DNA of 59,284 nucleotides, filler included, from Platydemus manokwari (Eukaryota): the NCBI GenBank assembly GCA_037951405.1. It is 5 parts of 5 records of this genome, joined end to end, with 100 filler letters (N's around TTAATTAATTAA, not from the genome) between each part and the next. Parts side by side here need not be neighbours in the genome. Positions count along the whole stretch, not along the records: positions 48,030 to 59,284 come from JBBMOY010812203.1; 4 more parts are not named here. One strand, 5' to 3'. The notes under the pieces were generated by a model. It had not been told where the DNA came from and searched no databases. It saw nothing but the letters and a program-made list of their open reading frames with translations. This document shows positions 49,108 to 59,284 of this stretch, piece after piece; the first letter of the stretch is position 1, and each line of letters begins with the position of its first letter. A program made the translations under genes and the position numbers.

Positions 49108-51968
49108 TACTTAAATTGGTAATAAAATTTCTATACAATTTATATCAACTACATTTATATGCCAATAATAATAAATATAGGATTTTAAAAAGATTAATAA
49201 TACTAGAAAATATCTTTTATTGATGCATTTAAACACAACAGATATCTTAAATTTTAAACTATAAATATGTATAGTTTATTTATACAAATTTTATTGGAAT
49301 AAAAGCAAAATTGGATTCTTTTGAAATGTTTGATTGATTATTTAGAATTAATTAAAAATAATGAATGCAAGATTGGTTTTTATTTTGTCGGCAATTTTAG
49401 AATTCGCATTTATTAGAGATTTAAACTTGATTTCAGTTTCAAAGTATCCTTTAATATTCAATATTTTAAAAATATATTTGGAATATTTAACAACAGTTTA
49501 AAATAAAAATCAAATATAGTACAATTATTTTTGATTTGAGTTATGTGAACTGTCCTTTCACTTCGATAGATCTTTGAAAGAAAACTGAGAAAGTTGTTTA
49601 GTTACTGAGAAACGATTATGAATTTCATGATAGACGAATTATTAAGTTGTTACTGATTTAAAATATTGAAGGGTTGAGATTACAAATTAGTACAAAGTAT
49701 TCAATTTTTGTTATAGCTTACAAGCATTTATGTATTTTTAATTTTATAATTTACTCATCTGAAAGTGTTCAAGGGTCACATGTTCTCTAGTACAGCTAAT
49801 TTCCCTTTTTGGTGATTAATTTGTAAGTTTCTGTGTGCAGAAAGCATTTATATTGGTGTGTTAAAGATGAATTAGTAAAAAGTCTATTGTTGAGCTTAGT
49901 ATTTACACCCATATGGAAATCACCTGTTTGGTTATCTTACAGAGTAAGCTCTTTTATCTAACTGCAAACATTTCGCTTATATTAACTACATCTCAAATAC
50001 CAAACAAAATGTAGCAATATAAGATTAGACAATCCAGATTTTGATGTAGTACCAACATATTTGAACTCAAAATTAATATAACATAAATACATACTTTGTT
50101 GTATGCCAATGATTTGATTTACTTTATTTGATTTACAAATTGATGTATACTGGTAAAAACAAAATTATGATTATAGCTACTAAAATATTCTTGCTTCAGA
50201 ATAGAATGGATGTTGTTTTGAAAAAAGTAACACCAAAGGAATAAAATTTATAAAATTGTTATAATGATGTAGTTTGTGTTTGATTTTTATTATTTTATTA
50301 ATTTATTATTTTTATTATTTTATAAGTTATAACAATTCATTGGCTTATTGGAAAATAATAAAAATTATTGTGTACAGTAATTACACTGTTCGAATAGTGA
50401 CGAAGATGGTGCTTTTAATCGAAATTTTGGTTTAAGTTAAGAAAAGGGGCTCTTTGAACTAAATTTTTTTAAAATTTTTCGTTAGTACAGGTTAGATTTA
50501 TGTTTTGTGTAGAAATTATCCACCAATAAGCAATCAATTTAATCGCATTTTAATGAAAACAAGTTTTATTTAATGTTATTTTTGACGAAATTCAATTTGA
50601 AATATTATAATAATTATAATAGTTTTACTGTGACTTATATAAATACTGACAGAAAACTTTGATGGATAAAATCAACTTTATTTTAAGGCTGATAAAATTT
50701 TATAAAATTAAGGCTTTTATTAATCTGAAAACTATTGACCATAAATGTTGAAATAAACATGGATTATTATCAGTTAAAGGTAGTGAAAAAGTATTATTTA
50801 CTTGTATTTGTATAGCAAGGGGCATTGTCAGTTGAAACCAATAGAAGGGAGAGTACGTTTTTAAAATCTGCGTCATTAATGTTGAGCGCTTTTAATCAAA
50901 TATGTTATTAAAAAATTTTGTCCGACAATCTGCAACATGAAAAGAGATATAGACGATATTCAAGACACACAGAAAGTATTAAATAAAAGTCTAAATTTTT
51001 TATTTTCCATGAATAAATATCTCGAATTAAAGTGGGCAACTAGAATCTAGTTAAAGACTTATATAATTGAGAAATATATGCTAAATCGATCAAGAATGAT
51101 TATCAAACCCATGGGAATAACCTTCAAACTATTTACAAGCAATATAAATACACTTTTTAGTAGAAAATTTCACTGATTGAACTTCGATCGTCAACTGATG
51201 CTTATCAACAACAGGTAACGAACATTGAGATATGCCAATAAAATGGTAAACAGAAGAAAATATGTTAATAGACTAGTCTTCAGTCGGTTATAGAAAATGA
51301 AAAAATAAGATGTAAGGCAACAAGTCAGCACACACGTCAAATTTATGAAAATAGTTGAATTTCGAGGACAACTGCCAGTCAATCAGGATCGGTAATTTTT
51401 GTCATTATTTTTTATCTTTCGGCTGTTGAGCCCATTGTAATTTGACCTTTGAACTTTGGACTAATCTAATATTTATAAATAAGGAAGCTTATGTGTAAAA
51501 TTACTGTGAATTTTATAAAAGATACTAAAGAGTTCATTTGGAGCAACTGATTTGCATTCTTTATTATTTATTCATGTGAATTTTCTTGTACGTAGCAATT
51601 ATGTTGTGTTATTACAATTTTTCTTTTCATCAATATCGGATATGATGCCAAATTCAGCATTTCATAATTATTGATGTGGTCATCACTCAGCTAATTCACT
51701 ACACAACATTTCTAATATCAACTTTACAATCAGAGATCCCTTAATTAAATATCACAATGAAAGATACGAATAAATTTAAATTATCTTTCGAAAGGGATTT
51801 GAAACTTGAAATTTGGTTTGTATTTGTTTAAATGAAAATTATTTCCAAAACCGTAAATAATAATCAAATAAAAACGAGAATATTAAATCAAAAACCGAGA
51901 TAAAAAAACAATCTCAATCAAATAAAGAAGTTCATCGAAAAATATCCTTATAAACAGTAGATAATCCT

Positions 51969-54900
51969 CTACGATAAGCAATCCAATACTTTGTGAAAAC
52001 ATATCTCCTTCACCCAACCATTTATCAAAAGATTATTCTGATCAATTATTCGATTGATTAGTTCTCGTTCAATTTTTCTTTTCTCTTCCAATGATGATGT
52101 TTCCATTGCCTCGATTATTTTCTTGCTGGCCGCATTTGACATCATTGAACCCAATGTTTCCTGATATTTATCAATTATCCATCCAAAGATTTTATCAAAT
52201 TCCGAATTGAATTGTTCACACGAATCTTGCTTTTGAATTAAAGCCGGTTTCATGGCGATAACTTGTCTCGATGTGAGAAATTGATGTGCTCCTTCTCCAA
52301 TGAGCTTCAAAACATCAATATCAACATTATTAGACGCGAGTGGTATATTACTAAGATTTGGTGTCCTAACTCGTTCTTCATTTGTCTTATTCGATATTGG
52401 AGCAATGAATGATTTGTTTTCCACTTTCTTAGCAATTGGAATAAGTTCTGCAATCGATTGATATTCAGAAGGTTGGATATTGATTAATAAATCATCCGGC
52501 GCAGGAACAACTTCTTGGGTGTTGTAAAGTTTTGTCGTTTGGGCGAAATTCACTACATTTTTCTTGTCGGGTGATTTCATTGGATATTTCTCATCGTAGG
52601 GAGCTACAAATTTACAAGTCCAATTTGACAGCTTTTCATCAACGTTATTCGATAATATATGCAATGTTTCTTTGATTTTATTTATTTCATTAGTTTGATT
52701 GTTGAGTTTACTAATAATCAACAAAAGCTGGTTGCTTCCTTCTTCAAGAATGATTTTCTCATTAGAATTGTTTCCTTTCACTTTAAGATTTTGTTCTTTA
52801 GAAGTCGATTCCTTCTTAATTTCAGTGTCTGTTGTTTGTATGTCGGTCGAAGATTCGTATACCGGCGGTGCTTTTTCTTCGGAGCTTTTACTTTTCTTAG
52901 ATTTCGTGGGTGTTTTCTTTTTTATTGGCACAGATTTTTCGGAACTCTTTTTGCTCATCAAAGAATTATGATCCGACAAGGTCTTTGGGTTACTTTTTTG
53001 AGATGTTAATGATGGAACTTTCTGAACTTGAACAACAGGTTCGGAACTCTTTTTGCTCATCAAAGAATTATGATCCGACAAGGTCTTTGGGTTACTTTTT
53101 TGAGAAGTTAATGATGGAGCTTTCTGAACTGGAACAACAAGTTCGGAGCTCTTTTTGCTCATCAATGAAGTGTGATCTGATAAGGTTTTCAGATCATTCT
53201 TATCAGATATTATAAGTGGAACACTTTGAACTTTCTCAGGTGGTTCAGAGTTCTTCTTAATCATCGATGAACCTTGTTGTGATGATATGTTTCCATCACT
53301 TTTTTGTGATTCCAATAAATCATTTTTCAAACTTTGTTCGGAAGCTTTTTTGAATTCCGCCAAACCTTGTACTGGAAGAGATTTATCTAAACTACTTTTA
53401 GATATTAATTTAGGTTTATCAGAATTTGCTCCATCATCATAATTCATGATTTCTGATGTTAGATGAGCATAAGTATTCTTGATAGGATCAGGTTTACCTG
53501 ATGAACCTTTCGGATTTCCTCGATTATGAGAATTTTCAACAGTATAATTCCTGTATAATTTACCTAACAATAGATTTTCAATTCCATTCGGGTCTAATGA
53601 TGTAAATAAATATTTTGCCACCGATATTTCCTCGAAAATTATTTCCGCCAAGATTTCATAACATAGACTTTGAAGATCATCATTGGAAATACGAGAATCA
53701 TGAATATTGTTTGCCACCGATACAAGAAGGTCTCTCTCTAAATTTTCTAATTCATTGACTACATGTAAATACAATTCTTTAGACGTTTCTTTATCTTGAG
53801 TTATAGTATTGATGATGAATTCAATAAGATCTTGGATACTGTTTCTACCAGCATTAATCGGAGTCTTCCATAATTCCGTTTGATTGTTTAGTTCTTTTAT
53901 AAGAGATGCTTCTGGATTTCGTTTCAATATAGGTTGATCGTCGATTATTTCCAATGCAATCATTCCATCTCTCGACTTCCTGGGAAGAGATTTGTTGGTG
54001 ATATTTTGTTCAATAGCCGATTGAGAAATCGTATTCATGGTTTTCTTAATTCTGCTATTGGTAATTATCGAAGGATCAGGATAACGGCTTTGAGAGCTTA
54101 TCATCAATTTATATTCAATTTTTTCATTGAGATTCTTGTTTTGAATTGGTTTATTTTGAGATTCATCAATTTGTTCGGGTTGTTTTTCAATTTTTAATGC
54201 TTGACTGTCTTGAGACGGTTTCGAATGTTGCTTGGTTGATAATCCGCTGGTCGTTGTCGTTGCAGATTCAGTTCCAGATACCGAAATGGCTTCAGATATA
54301 TTCGGTGATAGGGTCTGTGTGAAATCTTTTACAAAGTACGAGCTAAAATCCATACTCTTATTCGACTTTAACCATTCACCAAACAGTTGAAGTAGTCGTT
54401 TTATTTCTTCGATCATCTGATCGATTATCAACTCTAAACAAATATGATCTTTTAATTTTGATTTTTCCGTTAAATTTGATAAATAAACACAACAACCGAT
54501 GAATTCATTTTGTAATTCTAATAATACCGGTTGAATATCATCCAATTTTTTGCTGTTTCTATCAACATTTACGGATAAAATTAGTTCTATCAGCTCACCA
54601 ATCATTACTTTTCCACGTTTGATTGCCCCATGCCAATTTTTATTCAATATATCCATTTGATCCGTCAAACTTTTAACTTTAGCTTCAAGTTTATTTGGTT
54701 TGTGCACCTGGCGTTTGGAAAGCGGTAATTCAGCCAACATTGCTCGAACAATTCTCCGAATAATGCACGTTGGCAAAACCGCTGGTGATTCGGAATAAAA
54801 TTTACTTGTCGAAAAATATTCCAAAGACGGCATTTTAGAACCCATAGTTTGATTTTCAGTAAATGGTTCACTATATTTGGTGATAGTAGTTGTACTGTTA

Positions 54901-55763
54901 GGAGATTTGATAAACGATGTCAAATTTCCATTATCGGTCTTCAAATTCTTCGATAGTACGTCTGGAGTTTGAGCATCGCTTGGAGAGAGTTTGTTTTTGA
55001 TAGATAAATCGGCATCCTTTACAGTAGCTTCAGTCGGTTTTGTCGTTGCAAAATAACCGACCGATTCTTCGCTTCCAATTGATGCGTGTGATTTTTTCTT
55101 GTTTGATTTTACTTTGACTATCGGTTGATCTTCAATACTGGGCTTGACAATCATTTTTGGTTTCTCAATATCAGTTTTTCCACTTTCTTTTAAATTTTCA
55201 CTAATTAACGATAAGAACGTTTCTTGTGGCATACGGCCAATTCCTTTTAAAGAACCCGTGAAAGTGCCCCCGAGTTTAATGTTAACAATATTTTCGTCTT
55301 TACTATCCTTTTCTATCAAGACCTTCACATCACTATTGAATTGAGTAGACATATCAACATTGAGTGGAATTCCATCTGAAAATAAACAGTTCATTGTATT
55401 TTTTGTAAAATTATCCTGATTTGTGATCTCATTATTTTCGCTAGTATTCAAAAGATTCATCGTTTTCAATGGATTCGATGTCATATTATTGATACATAAA
55501 GTCGAACTGGAATCGGAATTGTTATCCATCACATTTGTTGTTCCCAGAGATGAAGTATTATTATAAGCATTCGTATCATTATCCGATATCATATTGGCAA
55601 TTAGGTTTTTACGATTAGTTTTCTTCATTTGTAAATTAATTTGATGACGCCAAAATTCTAAACGCATATCGGAATACATTTTATATGGAAACGAGTCTTT
55701 GGATGAACTCATAAAAATAACTTCGTTTTGTGAATTACTGGAATGGTATTTATAATATGACAT
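51969..55763 (-). CDS. Unknown 1264-aa Ser/Lys/Asn-rich protein, single long ORF, with internal repeats
   Basis: A 3.8-kb uninterrupted ORF in very AT-rich DNA. I do not recognise any enzyme or transposon motif in it. Confidence 0.85.
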   Translation of the reverse strand: MSYYKYHSSNSQNEVIFMSSSKDSFPYKMYSDMRLEFWRHQINLQMKKTNRKNLIANMISDNDTNAYNNTSSLGTTNVMDNNSDSSSTLCINNMTSNPLKTMNLLNTSENNEITNQDNFTKNTMNCLFSDGIPLNVDMSTQFNSDVKVLIEKDSKDENIVNIKLGGTFTGSLKGIGRMPQETFLSLISENLKESGKTDIEKPKMIVKPSIEDQPIVKVKSNKKKSHASIGSEESVGYFATTKPTEATVKDADLSIKNKLSPSDAQTPDVLSKNLKTDNGNLTSFIKSPNSTTTITKYSEPFTENQTMGSKMPSLEYFSTSKFYSESPAVLPTCIIRRIVRAMLAELPLSKRQVHKPNKLEAKVKSLTDQMDILNKNWHGAIKRGKVMIGELIELILSVNVDRNSKKLDDIQPVLLELQNEFIGCCVYLSNLTEKSKLKDHICLELIIDQMIEEIKRLLQLFGEWLKSNKSMDFSSYFVKDFTQTLSPNISEAISVSGTESATTTTSGLSTKQHSKPSQDSQALKIEKQPEQIDESQNKPIQNKNLNEKIEYKLMISSQSRYPDPSIITNSRIKKTMNTISQSAIEQNITNKSLPRKSRDGMIALEIIDDQPILKRNPEASLIKELNNQTELWKTPINAGRNSIQDLIEFIINTITQDKETSKELYLHVVNELENLERDLLVSVANNIHDSRISNDDLQSLCYEILAEIIFEEISVAKYLFTSLDPNGIENLLLGKLYRNYTVENSHNRGNPKGSSGKPDPIKNTYAHLTSEIMNYDDGANSDKPKLISKSSLDKSLPVQGLAEFKKASEQSLKNDLLESQKSDGNISSQQGSSMIKKNSEPPEKVQSVPLIISDKNDLKTLSDHTSLMSKKSSELVVPVQKAPSLTSQKSNPKTLSDHNSLMSKKSSEPVVQVQKVPSLTSQKSNPKTLSDHNSLMSKKSSEKSVPIKKKTPTKSKKSKSSEEKAPPVYESSTDIQTTDTEIKKESTSKEQNLKVKGNNSNEKIILEEGSNQLLLIISKLNNQTNEINKIKETLHILSNNVDEKLSNWTCKFVAPYDEKYPMKSPDKKNVVNFAQTTKLYNTQEVVPAPDDLLINIQPSEYQSIAELIPIAKKVENKSFIAPISNKTNEERVRTPNLSNIPLASNNVDIDVLKLIGEGAHQFLTSRQVIAMKPALIQKQDSCEQFNSEFDKIFGWIIDKYQETLGSMMSNAASKKIIEAMETSSLEEKRKIERELINRIIDQNNLLINGWVKEICFHKVLDCLS
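52937..53190 (-). repeat. In-frame 102-nt tandem repeat (34-aa unit), ~2.5 copies plus one degenerate upstream unit
   Basis: KTLSDH(T/N)SLMSKKSSE(L/P)VV(P/Q)VQK(A/V)PSLTSQKSNP repeated. Confidence 0.9.
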
Positions 55764-57146
55764 TAGATCAAAAAAGATGATTTATGAAATAGAAAATCCG
55801 ATATTATTATTATTAATTATTTCGACATTTTGAATGAAAATGAATTTATCGATTATTTGGAGATTTATGATGCCAATTCACAGATGAATTAGAATAAGTC
55901 CAGTATTGACAATCATATTTCTTTTAATTTATTCACAATAATTAGTTGAAGAGCTTGAATATTGATTGTATAGGTCAATAATATAATTTAAACTAAGAGA
56001 TTTTTTAACAAAGACTTTGTCAGCAATATCTATCAGAGAGATGTTAAGCGCTTTATCGCAATAGTAAAGAAGACAATCGATCATACCTGTTAAATATAAT
56101 TTATCATATAAATTAATATTAAAACTATTTAATATTAAAGATTTGAAAATCATTTCTCCTAAACTTTCGGCATCAGGATTCAACTACACGAAAAATCAAA
56201 TCGGAATTGTTCATCATTTAATGTTGAAATTGTTTTTGTTTATTAAAAAAAATACAATTTTCTTCTTGGAAAGCTATCCGATTTTCACCAGTTTGTTAGG
56301 TTAGATAATAACGTTGAACACTCGGAAATTAGAATTAACAAATAACGATTCGCACAAATTAGTTGATACTGTCAGCGTACAACACTCTAAAATCAAAGTT
56401 ACTCAGAATTACAAAAGTTTCTAATGTAAATTTTCTAATCACAACGGGATCAGAGACCGAAAGATCATAGCAATGACAGAATTTATCGACAACAAAAAAC
56501 TAATTGTCAGTATAATCACTCAAAGAATTATGACAGATACAGATTTTAAAAACTAAAATGTAAAATTTAGAAGGAGGACATGTCGTGTCCAGAAGAAGGA
56601 TAGCAATCGCGGAAGAGAACCAATAGCACTCTACCTCAGTATGGGCTTTGTGGGACGTTTATAAGTAATAATTCATCAGTAATCCTCTATCGGAGATTGA
56701 CTTAAAAAGGATAAAGATATAAAAGAATAAATATGTAAAAATTGAATCTACCATATTCGATTAAAAATTGAAAATAATGATTGTCTCGCCAATCGATGCT
56801 TGGATAGTGTATCAATTTCCAGATTTCTTGCAATACGAAAATTCCTCAAGTATGAAAATTTCTAAGTCGTCTAACGATATATATGAATCACTCAAATCGA
56901 AATTGTTTGAGAATTTTTTGTGCATTTTAGTTGAATTTCTGTTTATATACTTTGCTCGTGTTTCCTATCATTGCTATGACTGCTTGTTTTGAAATACTAT
57001 TTACCGTTGTATTTATTTTCTTTTGTTCAAGTGTCACATATGTTTCTATGGCAACTATTTTTTATCATAGCCTTTTTTCACTTACTATTTATTGTAAATG
57101 CATGTTTATTATGAGAATATTTTAAACATGAAATTACTTGCTAGAC

Positions 57147-57450
57147 CAGTGGTTTTCAACCTTTTTTCTGGAGAAGAACCCCACGGAAACATTCCTCTGG
57201 CTCGAGGAAACCCTGTGCAATAATGTAGCGAGTTTAATTATGTTAAAATTCGTATATTTAATCAATAACTAATAATACAAATAATAATGAAATAATAATA
57301 AATAATAATAATAATAAAATAGATTCTCTAAATTGAATTTAACATGTTTATTTGTTCATTGTTCTAATTTAGAAATTTAGAAATTGCGGAACCCTTGGAG
57401 TGTACTGGCAGTACCCTAAGATTCCGCGGAACACTGGTTGAAAACCACTG
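57147..57450. mobile_element. Non-autonomous hAT (Charlie-like) MITE, 304 bp
   Basis: Perfect 15-bp TIRs CAGTGGTTTTCAACC/GGTTGAAAACCACTG and an 8-bp TSD TGCTAGAC/TGCTAGGC (1 mismatch). Subterminal GGAACCC motifs are present. Confidence 0.95.
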
Positions 57451-59284
57451 TGCTAGGCAATAAGTTAACTATGTTTGTTATGGATAACTTTGATTTTATA
57501 ATTTGATAATTTAGGTTTCTTTGTTTGTTCTCGATAATTTACATGTCTAACAAATATTAAATTTCTTGTTAGTCGCTTTTCATAATTTGTTGGTCTACAT
57601 TTTTTATTGCACTGATTTTATAGATCATTCGGTTCATCAATTCTTATCAATAAATTGATCTAAATTTCCTTATATTGCTTTTTCAAATTTCTGACTTTAT
57701 GCAGATCTAATTAAATTGTATCTATGAGATATTATATATTTAGATATGTCAGATCAATCTAACATAATCAAGGACAATCTCTTAATCATACACAACAGAA
57801 TAAGAAGAGAAATTGCAAGCGTCATCATTTCATAATCGATAAATCCTTTCAAATTTTGTAATTTCATTATTATTATCAGTGATTGCAAATGAAAATTTTC
57901 TTGTAAAGATTGGCAAACTCATCTTTGTGTCATCCTTCAAATGTACTTGTTAGTTCTGTGTAGTTTCATCATAAGTAGGTCCATAATGAAAACATTGTGG
58001 TAAGTTAATTTCAAAGTGAATAAAAGCATATTGAAAGTGATGAATTTTTTATCATTTTGCATAAGAGAACCAACAAACTAAACAAATAACAATAAAAGTT
58101 TAAAATAAATTCTCACTGAGCTGCAGATACAAATATAATTGTTAATGTTTCCGTAATTATATGTCGAATATGATTACATTATAAAACAAAATATTATTTA
58201 CATGCCCAAATGAGTTTAAATTTTTAAGCCTATTATGATTTTTTAAAGTACTTCACTGCTCTTCTTCAATTTAAACTTTAACAGACTAATTTTCTGATTA
58301 ATACAATTCGAACGAAGTTTTGCGTTCTTCAACACTTTTTAATATCATTTCTCGTTTTTCTTCCAATTTCTTTTCTCTCTCTCAGTGTACGAATAACATA
58401 TTCTAACATCTAATCTCTTACATGTTTATTCGACTTTGGTTTTTTTTTAATTACAAACACGAAATCATAGTTGATAAAGAAATTCAACACACATCCCACA
58501 ACTCAATAAAAAATATAATTTTCGAATTAGTTTTCATTGAAATATTTCTAAACAATACAAATTATCTACTCATAATTTGTCAGTGAATAATTATGATCAA
58601 AAAATAATTTGTCAACCATTTTATATAACAAATCACCAAATTTCATAACACGTGTATTGTATTAAAAAGTAAATTGAAAAATAATCGTAAACATATAATA
58701 TACACAGTTCCATAGAACGGCAGTATCCAGTAATAATAATAATAATTTTAAAAATAATTATGATATTAAGTAATAATATTAACGATTGGAGCATCAAACA
58801 AAACATAAATATAAATCTAGGTTATATGAATAGTAATATCAATCGGAATATATTAATTCCCTCATATTAATAATGTTGATGCATATGAATGTATAGAAGC
58901 TGGTTGTCAAGATAGATAATTGAGTAAAGAGAGGAACAAGTAGTAAACAGTTCATTAGATATACAAATGCAACCGCAATTACTATGGAACTACTATTTTC
59001 AAATCCTATAGTATATATATGAATGACGACTGCATTTGGAAGCAGTAGATCCACAATTAGTTAGACAATTTTGCTAAGAAAACCTCGAGTTTGAAAGCCA
59101 CTGCTTAGGCTGCTGATGCCTCCGGTTATACTTCCGAGAAGAGATCTTGATGGAGTACTTGATTCGTTTTTAACTGATTGGGTAGCCTCTTCCACCTAGA
59201 TAGGTAAGTGTGATATTATATAATTATCCAAATATATTTCCGAAGATACAGTTAAAAAATCACAAAAATATTATAAAATAGGAT

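Noticed and set aside
52659-55344. Several plus-strand ORFs of 66-116 aa
   Set aside because: They are antisense shadows of the 1264-aa ORF. The same applies to the short ORFs overlapping ZC3H15 and the ENaC gene.

Overview
This is eukaryotic (animal) DNA, not prokaryotic. The window joins five contigs with artificial 100-nt N/TTAATTAATTAA/N linkers: 1-9301, 9402-21580, 21681-36309, 36410-47929 and 48030-59284. Adjacency across a linker has no biological meaning. Contigs 1, 2, 4 and 5 are very AT-rich with ~45-80 nt introns, which looks planarian/flatworm-like (inference). Contig 3 is less AT-rich, CpG-depleted and rich in RTE-LINE/SINE/mariner relics, and may come from a different animal. 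Contig 1 holds two divergently oriented ZC3H15 paralogs. Contig 2 holds a cluster of selenocysteine tRNA genes (2 near-intact copies plus at least 3 decayed copies in alternating orientation), a DEG/ENaC channel gene with Thr at the degenerin site, and a decayed Maverick/Polinton. Contig 3 holds an unidentified structured RNA behind a U6-like promoter, a candidate microprotein/snoRNA-host gene and many TE relics. Contig 4 holds a short RBBP6-like gene, a V-ATPase subunit a pseudogene and an orphan GPCR. Contig 5 holds the 5' exons of phospholipase D, an unknown 1264-aa protein with a duplicated helical domain, and a hAT MITE. The most notable signals are the tRNA-Sec array and the ncRNA/microprotein locus at the start of contig 3. 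All calls were made by eye; no searches were run.
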